Part shown: piece by piece, positions 31,776-41,469 of the stretch
Layout: each line of letters opens with the position of its first letter
Numbering within the stretch: the stretch's first letter is position 1
Virus record (IMG/VR): IMGVR_UViG_3300037067_021324
Origin: an uncultured virus (IMG/VR IMGVR_UViG_3300037067_021324)
Lineage: Duplodnaviria > Heunggongvirae > Uroviricota > Caudoviricetes
DNA: 64,000 nt
Direction: 5' to 3' (one strand)
Translations under genes and position numbers: made by a program
Notes under the pieces: model-generated
The model's input: the letters and a program-made list of their open reading frames with translations, nothing else
Told to the model about the DNA's origin: nothing
Databases searched by the model: none

Positions 31776-32087
31776 ATGGCATTTAATTTCGGAACTTTAT
31801 TAATAAACACTGAATTGGCTATTTTAGAAAATATGCCTCCAATAAATATTAGTGAAAGAGTAACTGATAAAAGAGTTTTATATAATAAAAACTTAACTAG
31901 ATTAGATAGATTAGCTGGTGATATATATGAAGATGAAACTTTGTGGAAAATAATTTTATGGGCTAATCCAGAATATGAATGTGAATTTGATATTCCAGAT
32001 AATACAAATATTAGAATTCCTTGGCCTAAAAATGATGTTTTAGAAGAAGTTTCAAAAAAAATAATTAATAATAAGAATTTAGGCTAA
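31776..32087 (+). CDS. LysM/gp53-like baseplate wedge protein (start moved to ATG 31776)
   Basis: RLDRLAGDIYEDETLWKIILWANP..IRIP; TATTTATA 11 nt upstream. Confidence 0.75.
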   Translation: MAFNFGTLLINTELAILENMPPINISERVTDKRVLYNKNLTRLDRLAGDIYEDETLWKIILWANPEYECEFDIPDNTNIRIPWPKNDVLEEVSKKIINNKNLG

Positions 32088-32089
32088 TC

Positions 32090-35000
32090 ATGGGAAATTT
32101 ACAAGAGCCAGAAAATTTTAATATGAAAGATTTATTTATTGATGTAAGTCTTAAGACTTGCATTGATAATTCTTCATATGATTTTACTGGGAAGAAAACT
32201 TTTAATACTACTTTTTATAGAAAAAATATTGGATTTGGAATAACTGATATAAATATTGAAATAAATACATCATTACAACCAATAATTGATATAACTTTTA
32301 AAGACTTATATGGGAATACTTTATTGGGAACACAAAGGGGAAATAATGATTCCGTTGATACATCTGTTTTATTTAATTGGCCTCCTCCAAAATTTATTTT
32401 TTCTTTTAAAGGATATTTGGGCAGAAAAGTTACTTGGCTATTAAATTTAAAAACCACAAATGTAACATTCATTTCTTCAGATGCAAGTTATGAAATAAAA
32501 TGTTCTTTTGTACCAAATCAATGGGGATTTTTATCAGATATTCCTGTTTTGTATTTGCTTGCATGCAAAAAATTAAGATATACTGCATATGGAAATAAAG
32601 AAATGAGAATAATCTCTCCCACATTGGCGGATTTAAAAGGAAATGAAACTAAGGGAAGTGCTTGTGTTTTTCAAACAGATAGTGTTTTTTCATATACAAG
32701 AGCTGGAAAACAAGTAGAAACAAAAACAACTGAAGAAAATAAAGAATTTGATTTATTAACAAAGCAATTAGCCTCTATTAAATATGGGCTAAGTAGTGCA
32801 GTTTTTGGAACAAAAATAATAAAACTTGGCGAACCAATAAATGGTATTATAAATAATGTTCCAATAGCAAATTTTACAAATTTGATAATTACAAATGGTG
32901 GAGTATCAGAAGATAAATTATCAAATTTATCAAAAGACTCAAGGAATGTAAAACAATTAGATACCTTTCTGCAACTGAATGTGGGTCAGGGTGCCACTGG
33001 TAAGCCCCAAGATACATCAAATACAATTATTAATGTTGGAGGAATTAAATTAGAAGAAATAACAGAATTTGGTGAAATAAAAGGTGATAGTACTAACAGT
33101 CTGGCAGAAAAAAAGGCAAAGATTTTTTCTATTGTAGATAAAAATATATCTTTAATTGAAGATGAAATAAAAAGAAGAATATATTCTTCAACAAAAACAC
33201 AAATATCAAAATTAACAATTGGAGAGGTTTTTAGACAAATAGCCAGGGATTCGGGGTTTATTTTAGGAAGTATATTACAAGCTGGATTTGATGGATATTA
33301 TGCTAATATGGCCGAAAGAGATAGGGGGGCAAAAGAATTGATAGGAAATTGTTTTCCTTTATTTATAAATGATAAAGGAGAAGAAATTCCAGCTATGACA
33401 CCAATAGAAGGGTCTAATGTTAAAGGAAGTGGACCATCGGCTAATTATGGAGTAGAAAAGTATGAAATGAAATTTGTTGAAAATTTTATAGAAGCTATTG
33501 GCGAAGGTATTGCTGAAAATTTATTAAGTGATGATACAGCTAATACATCAGAAGATAAAATAAAAAATAGAATTAATAATTTAGAGGCAATACAACCAAA
33601 TCCATATAAACCGTTTTATTCAAATATTGTAGAAAATATTTTAATACGTTCTGGAATAATAGCATATATAACTAGAAGTTCAGACCCAAACAAACCTGGA
33701 GATTATCCTACTGAAGCGGCAAAACAAGATGATAGTTCAGAATCTATAACAACATTAGCTAATGCTGATATGGAAAATTTAACAAAAGATATTTTATCTC
33801 AACTTTCTTATGAGGATAAAGCTGGGGTAAAAAGATTTTGCACTTTTTTTAATAAATTGATATCAGATGAAGGAGATAGTCGAACAGTTGGAGATTATGC
33901 TGTGATAGATGCACATATAGGAGAGTGGTTTTTGGATGTATTTGGACAGCCTGCTTTAGAATTAAAAAATAACTTAAATGGATATGGTGAACCAATCCCA
34001 GATTTTATTTTAGATTATAAAGTATTTATGGATGAAACTTCTGAGCTTAAAAATGCTATTAGAGATTCATTGTTTTCATCAAATGAAAGTGATAAAATAG
34101 CAGCTAGAAATAAAGTACAAAGTTTTGTATCAGGAGCTTCTAACGGCTTTTTAACATTAAGAGATATTATTACAGAAGTATTATCTGGTAAACCAATTGG
34201 TTCTGGTAGCACTATTCCGATTATTAATACAACTAATACAGTACGAACAAATATTCCAGCATTTTATAATACATCAGCTATAAATCCGTATACACTAACA
34301 GCTATAAATGTAAAAAACAATGGATTGCATTGGTCTATTCCAAAAGCTAAAGCAGACCAAGAAGGTAGATATTACTTCGTCTTATTTGATACTCCTTCAG
34401 ATGTTTCAAAAACGAAAGAAATAAATGTTCAAGATGCCACAACAGAAGACCAACTAGAAGGTAAAGGGTTTTTTAATACAGAGGAAAATGACCCAATTGG
34501 ATTTGTTCCAATTGATACATATGCGAATACAATTAATAAAGATGAAGTACCTAATGCTATTGAAATAATTAATAAAAGAATTAAAGATGAAGAGTGTTTA
34601 AATTATTCAAAATGTAAAACTTATTATAGTGATTATACAAATTATTTGCAACCAAAAGATGCAACTATACAAACAAAATCACAAAAGAATCCTAATGAAA
34701 TCCCTGCTAAAAGTTTGTCTTATACCATTTATACTCAATCAATTCCAGATTCTATGGGCGACCCTTCTAGAAACTTAGTGTTTGGGCCACTTTGCAAGAA
34801 TAAAACAATAGGAGATAGTGATGTCAGAGCAAGAAACCAAAGAGCTGCAATAAAAACAATGTGTAAATATATATTAAAGAAATTTGATGAAATAGATTTA
34901 GAAAAAAATGAAATTATAGCAAGTGTTTTGGGGAAAGCAAATGAAAGTAGGAATTCTATTTATAAACAAATGCATACCATATTTCATCAATGGCAAGTAA

Positions 35001-36652
35001 TTGCTTCATCTATTAAAGGAAAAGAGTTTTGTACAAAATATATACAAACAAATGGAGAAAATTTAGCGTTATTAATAGAAGAAGAATTTGGATTATGTGA
35101 TAATCACATTGAAAGAGGCGATGGGAATCAATTGCTTAAAGATAAACAAATAGAAGGTAATACACTTTTTATATATGATTATCCATTAGCTCCAGTTAAT
35201 GGAAAAACATTAAATGTAAAAAATTCTATAATTAATATAGAAGCATTATATAAACCAAATGGGAATACAACAGTTCTTAATATAATACAACAAATTTGTA
35301 CAAAGAACAATTTCGTATTTGTTCCATTCCCTGGAGATGCAAACTCTGATAATATAAATGAAATTTATAAACCTTATCCAATTTATCCTGGTGATGAAAA
35401 AATAAGGAATTATTTTCACGTTTTATTTACTCCAACCCCAGAGACAAGAACTAAATTAAGTAATAATGCAAATGAATATGTAACAGATTATATGCAGACC
35501 AAAGATTTTAATAATAAAGCAATATCAATAAAATTTGGGTCTATTAATAATCAAATTATAAAAGGAATTAATGTTGGCACAGATTCCTCAAAACCAACAG
35601 CAGAAAGCATCCTTAATTTACAAAGACTTGTAGATAAAGAAAACACAAATCAAAAAGTTGGAATAGATTGCTCAATGCTCCCTATTTATGAAGGGAGGAG
35701 TTATAAGGTGTCTTTTGAAATGTTGGGTAATTCGCAAGTTTATCCAATGCAATACTTTTATATACAAACTATGCCAATGTTTGGAGGATTGCATCAAATA
35801 ATGAAAGTTTCTCATAGCATAACTCCAAATAATATGTCAACAAAATTTGAGGGAATTAGAATGAGATTCTCTACAAATGGACAAGGATATGGAGGAATTC
35901 CTCCAGTAACCCTTGACTATTTGGAAAACTTAGGTAGTGTATCTGCTCCTTTGGAACAGCAAGTATATTCTGGGGGGACTCTTGGAGAAACGGTATTGAC
36001 TCCAACAAACATGTTTTTACCTTTATCTCCTTCTCAAGATATGAAAAATTTTACTGTAAGTAATATTAAGAAAGTTTTAGCTGCCAAAAAGTATACTTTC
36101 TTTGAAGATAGACTTAATATAATAGGAATAAGAGCAAAAACGGGATACACTAATAAATTTGATGATAATCTTGTAGTTATATGGAAAGACGGAAATGGAC
36201 AAGAACAAAGTAGAATATATTCTATTACAACTGACCCAGGAGGAAGTTTATCTAAAAATATACAAAGTGGACATTATAATGAAGCTGGTATTGCTATTAT
36301 AGCTGAAGGACAACATATGAATTCTCATATTATGGGAAAACATAAGGGTATATATCCAGCACTTGTTCAGGCAAGTCCAATTCCGTATTATAGAGATAAA
36401 TGGCCAGAGAATGGATATAAATTTAATCCTGATACTTTAAAAACTGGTGACATTAGGGGGTTTAATATACATAGAGCAAATGAAAATGCGACATCTTCAA
36501 GTGTAAATAATTGGTCTGAAGGATGTCAGGTATTTGCTAATCCAAATGATTTTGAAGAATTTCTTTCAATTTGTAATCTTTTTATAAAACCTCCTATTAT
36601 AACACGTTTTACTTATACACTCATTCATGCAAGAGACTTTGATAATATATAA
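32090..36652 (+). CDS. Baseplate hub-like protein with C-terminal L,D-transpeptidase (YkuD)-like cell-wall domain
   Basis: Hub-like RSY..SFEMLGN..VYPMQYFY..PMFGG..I..VSH.ITP.NM.T.F.G.R, then LNIIGIR..FDD..TTDPG..GFNIHRA..WSEGCQVF. Confidence 0.7.
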   Translation: MGNLQEPENFNMKDLFIDVSLKTCIDNSSYDFTGKKTFNTTFYRKNIGFGITDINIEINTSLQPIIDITFKDLYGNTLLGTQRGNNDSVDTSVLFNWPPPKFIFSFKGYLGRKVTWLLNLKTTNVTFISSDASYEIKCSFVPNQWGFLSDIPVLYLLACKKLRYTAYGNKEMRIISPTLADLKGNETKGSACVFQTDSVFSYTRAGKQVETKTTEENKEFDLLTKQLASIKYGLSSAVFGTKIIKLGEPINGIINNVPIANFTNLIITNGGVSEDKLSNLSKDSRNVKQLDTFLQLNVGQGATGKPQDTSNTIINVGGIKLEEITEFGEIKGDSTNSLAEKKAKIFSIVDKNISLIEDEIKRRIYSSTKTQISKLTIGEVFRQIARDSGFILGSILQAGFDGYYANMAERDRGAKELIGNCFPLFINDKGEEIPAMTPIEGSNVKGSGPSANYGVEKYEMKFVENFIEAIGEGIAENLLSDDTANTSEDKIKNRINNLEAIQPNPYKPFYSNIVENILIRSGIIAYITRSSDPNKPGDYPTEAAKQDDSSESITTLANADMENLTKDILSQLSYEDKAGVKRFCTFFNKLISDEGDSRTVGDYAVIDAHIGEWFLDVFGQPALELKNNLNGYGEPIPDFILDYKVFMDETSELKNAIRDSLFSSNESDKIAARNKVQSFVSGASNGFLTLRDIITEVLSGKPIGSGSTIPIINTTNTVRTNIPAFYNTSAINPYTLTAINVKNNGLHWSIPKAKADQEGRYYFVLFDTPSDVSKTKEINVQDATTEDQLEGKGFFNTEENDPIGFVPIDTYANTINKDEVPNAIEIINKRIKDEECLNYSKCKTYYSDYTNYLQPKDATIQTKSQKNPNEIPAKSLSYTIYTQSIPDSMGDPSRNLVFGPLCKNKTIGDSDVRARNQRAAIKTMCKYILKKFDEIDLEKNEIIASVLGKANESRNSIYKQMHTIFHQWQVIASSIKGKEFCTKYIQTNGENLALLIEEEFGLCDNHIERGDGNQLLKDKQIEGNTLFIYDYPLAPVNGKTLNVKNSIINIEALYKPNGNTTVLNIIQQICTKNNFVFVPFPGDANSDNINEIYKPYPIYPGDEKIRNYFHVLFTPTPETRTKLSNNANEYVTDYMQTKDFNNKAISIKFGSINNQIIKGINVGTDSSKPTAESILNLQRLVDKENTNQKVGIDCSMLPIYEGRSYKVSFEMLGNSQVYPMQYFYIQTMPMFGGLHQIMKVSHSITPNNMSTKFEGIRMRFSTNGQGYGGIPPVTLDYLENLGSVSAPLEQQVYSGGTLGETVLTPTNMFLPLSPSQDMKNFTVSNIKKVLAAKKYTFFEDRLNIIGIRAKTGYTNKFDDNLVVIWKDGNGQEQSRIYSITTDPGGSLSKNIQSGHYNEAGIAIIAEGQHMNSHIMGKHKGIYPALVQASPIPYYRDKWPENGYKFNPDTLKTGDIRGFNIHRANENATSSSVNNWSEGCQVFANPNDFEEFLSICNLFIKPPIITRFTYTLIHARDFDNI

Positions 36653-36675
36653 AAATTATTAAGGTTAAATTTTAT

Positions 36676-36706
36676 TTTGAAATTATCTTTTTTTTCTCTA
36701 TTTTTG
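36676..36706 (+). promoter_or_regulatory. Bacteroidota sigma-A type promoter TTTG-N19-TATTTTTG
   Basis: Matches the -33/-7 consensus; ends 4 nt before ATG 36711. Confidence 0.65.
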
Positions 36707-36710
36707 TCAA

Positions 36711-38351
36711 ATGTATATTTGTAAAATTATAGCAGAAATAAAAGAAGATTTCGATTTTTTACGTGAATATGTAAGTAAATATCCAGTACTTCTTTCTACA
36801 TCATACAATGACGGATTTGAAGATAATATTCCAATTCTTATTATTGGCTGGTCTATTGTAAAAAATAAATTTAAAAAACAAAACATTCTTGATAAATCAA
36901 TAAATAAATATATTGAGTGGGAATTTAGTAAAACAGAAAAAGAAGAAAATTATAATGTGGCCATTGAAAAATTTATAAACAATTCGGTAAAAAATTGGCT
37001 TCCAAAAGAATTTATATTATTTGACCCACTTTTCCAAAACAAAAATTTTACTGATTTTATTTCTGAAAATTTAGATGTAAAAAAACAATCTTATTTATAT
37101 TTTCACAAAGACGCTTTATATATTAATAATAATGAGAAAAATTTTGTGTTGAATATAAAATCATTTAAAATGATTTATGAAAATTATAGAAGTATAATAA
37201 CTGATTTTATAAACGAAACAAAGTGTTTATGTCTTTCATATAAAAATATAGCTAATTATGTAGAATTAGATAATTTAGGATGTGTATATACTTTCGAAAA
37301 TGCAAGATGGGTTAGGTATGGAATAGAAGTTGAAGACTCTTATTTTAATATAGTTCCTGGATTTGATATAAAAAAATATATTCCATTTATTATGAGCAAA
37401 GTTTCTAATTTTAAATTTTCAGATGACGAAAAGAAAAGTATTAGAAGGGCATGTATAAGAGATAATATTACACAATGGCTATCATCTATGGAAATAAATT
37501 TATCAAAAAATTTTAAAAAAAATGGAGTTGATATAAAAATAATAGGAGAAAGTAGATTAGTTAAAGTATCTTATTCAAATAAAAGAACATTAACTGGAAG
37601 AATAGTGGCCAATAGTTCTTATAATCCTCAAAATTTAGATAAAAAAACTCAAGATAGGGAAAATATTATTTCTAGATTTAATGGTGGTAAAATTATTGTT
37701 TTTGATTATACATCATTTGAGGCCAGAATAGCTTTGTATTTTTCTGAAGATATAGAATTTATTAAAAAGTTTTATAAAGAAGATATTCATTTGCATACAG
37801 CATATATAATTTTTGGTAATAGAGAAATATCAAGGGAAAATAGGGCTTTTGCAAAAGATATAAATAATCACATTTTGTATGGAGCATCAAAAAATACTGT
37901 AATGCAAAAAATTTCTTACTTAAGTAATCCAGAGGAAGTATATTATAATATAGAATTATTTTTAGCTCCATTGCTTAAAAAGTCTAATGAATTATACAAT
38001 TTATTTAAAGAAAAAGGATATATAATTAATCCATGGGGAACAATTGTAAGACCTGAAAAAGATTTTGCTAGTTTTAATAATTTTTTACAATCTTCTGCAA
38101 CTGAAATTATAGTAGACCAATTATATAAAATAAAAAGATTTCTATCCAACTATAAAAGCAAATTTCTATTTCAGGTACATGATTCTTTAGTATTTGATAT
38201 TCATCCTGAAGAATGTATAATTATAAAAGATTTAGCAAGATTGATAATGTATTATAATAAAGATATGTTTTTTAATATAAGTTACAGTAGCGGATATGAT
38301 TATAAAAATTTGAGTGTTCCAATAGAAATAATAGAATATAATTGTAAATAA
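36711..38351 (+). CDS. polA: Family A DNA polymerase, short and divergent
   Basis: TLTGRI..YNPQNL, motif A FDYTSFEARI, motif B RAFAKDINNHILYG, motif C FQVHDSLVFD. Confidence 0.82.
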   Translation: MYICKIIAEIKEDFDFLREYVSKYPVLLSTSYNDGFEDNIPILIIGWSIVKNKFKKQNILDKSINKYIEWEFSKTEKEENYNVAIEKFINNSVKNWLPKEFILFDPLFQNKNFTDFISENLDVKKQSYLYFHKDALYINNNEKNFVLNIKSFKMIYENYRSIITDFINETKCLCLSYKNIANYVELDNLGCVYTFENARWVRYGIEVEDSYFNIVPGFDIKKYIPFIMSKVSNFKFSDDEKKSIRRACIRDNITQWLSSMEINLSKNFKKNGVDIKIIGESRLVKVSYSNKRTLTGRIVANSSYNPQNLDKKTQDRENIISRFNGGKIIVFDYTSFEARIALYFSEDIEFIKKFYKEDIHLHTAYIIFGNREISRENRAFAKDINNHILYGASKNTVMQKISYLSNPEEVYYNIELFLAPLLKKSNELYNLFKEKGYIINPWGTIVRPEKDFASFNNFLQSSATEIIVDQLYKIKRFLSNYKSKFLFQVHDSLVFDIHPEECIIIKDLARLIMYYNKDMFFNISYSSGYDYKNLSVPIEIIEYNCK

Positions 38352-38364
38352 AAATTAAATTTGA

Positions 38365-38396
38365 TTTGTATTTATCAACATTTTTTATTATATTTG
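38365..38396 (+). promoter_or_regulatory. Bacteroidota sigma-A type promoter TTTG-N20-TATATTTG
   Basis: Consensus match upstream of 38421. Confidence 0.7.
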
Positions 38397-38420
38397 TCTA
38401 TAATTTAAAATAGACAAAAA

Positions 38421-38777
38421 ATGGCAAAAATTACTTATTATGTGAAGAAAAAAATCGGAAAAGAAGTTCACAGCTTTTCAGTAGAAGGGGAAAATTTCCA
38501 CGACGTTGTACTTGAGGCAAGAAAATTATCATTTAATGATATTCATAGATGCGATATTTGCGGTCATGAAGACCTTGAGTTATCTGCTCATGTTACAGAA
38601 AAAAAAGGATTTGAATATGTATATATAAGATGTAAAAAATGTAGGGCTACATTAAACTTTGGGCAACAAAAGAAAGATGATAGTATTTTTTATCTTAAAA
38701 CAAAAGAAATTACAGACGGGCAATATGCTGGACAAAAAGCATATGACTGGAAACCCTATGTCCCAGAACAGAAATAA
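38421..38777 (+). CDS. Small Zn-ribbon protein
   Basis: CDIC...CKKC; lies upstream of recA. Confidence 0.6.
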   Translation: MAKITYYVKKKIGKEVHSFSVEGENFHDVVLEARKLSFNDIHRCDICGHEDLELSAHVTEKKGFEYVYIRCKKCRATLNFGQQKKDDSIFYLKTKEITDGQYAGQKAYDWKPYVPEQK

Positions 38778-38803
38778 AATATTAATTGTATAAAAAAATA
38801 ATT

Positions 38804-39877
38804 ATGGCAAAGAAAAAAGAAGAAATAGAAAACGCTAATAAGGGCGTGGGGGAAGAAGCATTAAAAAAAGTTAATGACTATGTAGCTAAAGAAGAGTCTA
38901 GCAAAAAGGCAGAAAAAGAAGAAGCTCCAACTATAAGAAAGAAATTTGCTGGGCTTAGTGATTATAAAGCTAAGAACAACATTAAAGAAATGGAATACAA
39001 GCCACAGGAGTGGATTGATATGAGTCCCGCATTCAAAAATATAACTAAACTTCCTGGAATTCCTATGGGTCATGTTATTATGAATTATGGAAAAAGTGAT
39101 ACTGGTAAAACTACAATGCTTATCGAAGCTGGTGCCTACGCACAAAAACAAGGCATTCTCCCAGTTTTGGTACTGACAGAAAATAAATTTAGTTGGCAGA
39201 GAGCTGAAACAATGGGACTTGTTAAGGATGATTGTATTGTTTTTGAAGGAATACAAACTATAGAAGATGGGGTACGTGAAATAGCTGCAGTTATAAAAAA
39301 ACAAGAAAAGGGAGAATTAAATTTCGATTTACTTTTACTTTGGGATAGTATAGGAATGACTCCTACTAAGGCAGAATGGGAAGTGCAGCAAGAAGATGAA
39401 GATGGTACAACAGCAATGATGGTTGCAGCTAAGGTTATTAGAGCACAATTTACAAGATTTTTAGGACCTAGAATTAATGCCACAAGAAAGAAGGAATATC
39501 CATTTACAAATACATTGTTAGTTGTTAACCATGCTTATTCAGCCCCCCCAAAACCACCTTCAAGAATAGGAACGCTTGAGCCTTATGGCGGAGATGGACT
39601 ATATCTTGTGTCTACCTTGGTCTTTAGACAAGGTGGGGTTGCCGGAAGGTCATCAAAAGTAAAAGCTACAAAAGATAAAACCGAGTTGGCCTTTGCAATC
39701 AAAGCTGCTTTGGTTACTGATAAAAATCATATTACAAATGTTTTAGCTGGAGGCAATATTATTTGTACTGACCATGGTTTTATTCTTGAAGAAGAAATAG
39801 ATGCTTATAAAAAACAATATAGGGATGGCTGGGATTTAGAATTTGACAGATATTGGAAGGATATATCAGATAATTAA
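38804..39877 (+). CDS. recA: RecA/UvsX-like recombinase
   Basis: GIPMGHV..YGKSDTGKTT, LLWDSIG, VVNH, PYGG; ATG at 38804. Confidence 0.88.
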   Translation: MAKKKEEIENANKGVGEEALKKVNDYVAKEESSKKAEKEEAPTIRKKFAGLSDYKAKNNIKEMEYKPQEWIDMSPAFKNITKLPGIPMGHVIMNYGKSDTGKTTMLIEAGAYAQKQGILPVLVLTENKFSWQRAETMGLVKDDCIVFEGIQTIEDGVREIAAVIKKQEKGELNFDLLLLWDSIGMTPTKAEWEVQQEDEDGTTAMMVAAKVIRAQFTRFLGPRINATRKKEYPFTNTLLVVNHAYSAPPKPPSRIGTLEPYGGDGLYLVSTLVFRQGGVAGRSSKVKATKDKTELAFAIKAALVTDKNHITNVLAGGNIICTDHGFILEEEIDAYKKQYRDGWDLEFDRYWKDISDN

Positions 39878-40033
39878 TTTCTCATAAAATACTGTAATGC
39901 TTTTATTTAAGGGAAGAAGTCTATAGACTAAATATAATTCAAAAAAATTTTAGAAATAGTAGTGATGTATATAAAGTAATACTTTATAATAATTGAGCTA
40001 AGTTTATTTGTTTTAATATAAAAAACAAAAAAA

Positions 40034-41059
40034 ATGAGTTTTAAAACTTTAATGGTAGATGGCAATTGGCTTCTAAAAAAGAATTTTCATAAAAGAAAAG
40101 ATTATGAAGCAAAAGGACATCTTTGTGGGGGGTCATTTGGCTTTCTTGATAGTTTAAGGTCTGTAATAAATAAAATTATTCCAGATAGAATTGTGGTGAT
40201 GTGGGATGGATTTAATTCTGGTAAATTAAGATATGAAATTTATAAACCATATAAATCTAATAGACAAAAAGATTGGGATGCTGAATATCATGCTATTTCT
40301 ACGGATGGTTTAGAATCTCCAGAAGATAAAGAAAAAGTCGAGATAGTGCTTCAAAAAGGTGTTATAAATGAGTTTTTGGAAAATTTTTATATTAGATTTT
40401 TAGAAGTAAAATATATAGAAGCTGATGATTTAATTGCTTATTATATTTTAAATAGTAAAATTCCTAATGAAGAAATAATTATATATAGCAAAGATGAGGA
40501 TTTTCTTCAGTTGGTAAGCTCAAATGTTTCTATATTAAATCCAAGCAATTTTGAATTAATAACTATACATAATTTTAAAAGAATATATGGTTATCCTATA
40601 GAAAATGCACTTTTACTCAAATGTTTTGATGGTTGTAATTCTGATAAAATAGAAGGAGTTAATGGAATAACGCCCGAAGCTTTGTTAAAAAATTTTCCAA
40701 TGATGGCGGAAGAAAAATATATGTATAACCGTCTTGTTGAGGAATGCTATAATAAAAAAAGAGAGAAAAAAATAAAATTTTATGATAAAATAATACAAGC
40801 ACGAAGTGTTTTGTACAGAAATGCTAAGTTAATGGACCTTCAAAAGCCATTTATAAATGATGAAGCAAAAAATGAAATGCAAAAAATAATCTATGAGCCA
40901 ATAATAAATAAAGAATTTTCTATAAAATCTGCAATGAATTTGTTTATTAGCAAAGGATTTACTAAATTTGTAAGAAATGAACATTTGGATTTATTTTTTG
41001 CTCCATTTTTTATAACAATAAATAAAGAAAAAGAATTTAGTATAAATTTTAAAAATTAA
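40034..41059 (+). CDS. 5'-3' exonuclease/flap endonuclease (Pol I N-terminal type)
   Basis: MVDGN, VMWDG, YKSNR, EADDLIA, SKDEDFLQL, G..SDKIEGV.G. Confidence 0.88.
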   Translation: MSFKTLMVDGNWLLKKNFHKRKDYEAKGHLCGGSFGFLDSLRSVINKIIPDRIVVMWDGFNSGKLRYEIYKPYKSNRQKDWDAEYHAISTDGLESPEDKEKVEIVLQKGVINEFLENFYIRFLEVKYIEADDLIAYYILNSKIPNEEIIIYSKDEDFLQLVSSNVSILNPSNFELITIHNFKRIYGYPIENALLLKCFDGCNSDKIEGVNGITPEALLKNFPMMAEEKYMYNRLVEECYNKKREKKIKFYDKIIQARSVLYRNAKLMDLQKPFINDEAKNEMQKIIYEPIINKEFSIKSAMNLFISKGFTKFVRNEHLDLFFAPFFITINKEKEFSINFKN

Positions 41060-41063
41060 AGTG

Positions 41064-41468
41064 ATGGAATCAACAAACGAAAAATTGTGTCTCCAACTTG
41101 GGAAGAAAAAGACTGGAAAAATAATTTATCAATATGAAGTAGAATTGGTAAATTTTCAAAAAGAAATTATTGAAAATAAAGATGTAAGCTTTTATTATAC
41201 ATTCAAAGATATGGGTGTTGAATTAGAAGAAAATATTTTATTAAAATTAAAACTTGGTGAAAATAAAGACGAACTTTCTTTTGTAATTAAATATTTAGAT
41301 AAGACCTTATATGAATCTACTTTGGATATTACAGGGATAGATGAAAAAGATATTCAAAAAAATGAAGTACAATTATATTTCATCTTTGCAAAGATAAGTA
41401 AAAATATTATTAATAAAATATCAGAAATACATAAAGATATCATATTATCAAATATCGAAAAAAATTAA
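41064..41468 (+). CDS. Hypothetical protein
   Basis: ORF packed between the exonuclease and helicase genes. Confidence 0.55.
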   Translation: MESTNEKLCLQLGKKKTGKIIYQYEVELVNFQKEIIENKDVSFYYTFKDMGVELEENILLKLKLGENKDELSFVIKYLDKTLYESTLDITGIDEKDIQKNEVQLYFIFAKISKNIINKISEIHKDIILSNIEKN

Positions 41469-41469
41469 T

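Noticed and set aside
39878..40033. tRNA or ncRNA in the longer intergenic gaps (also 50468-50654 and 58577-58724)
   Set aside because: Extremely AT-rich, with no cloverleaf, T-loop or extended pairing beyond terminators.
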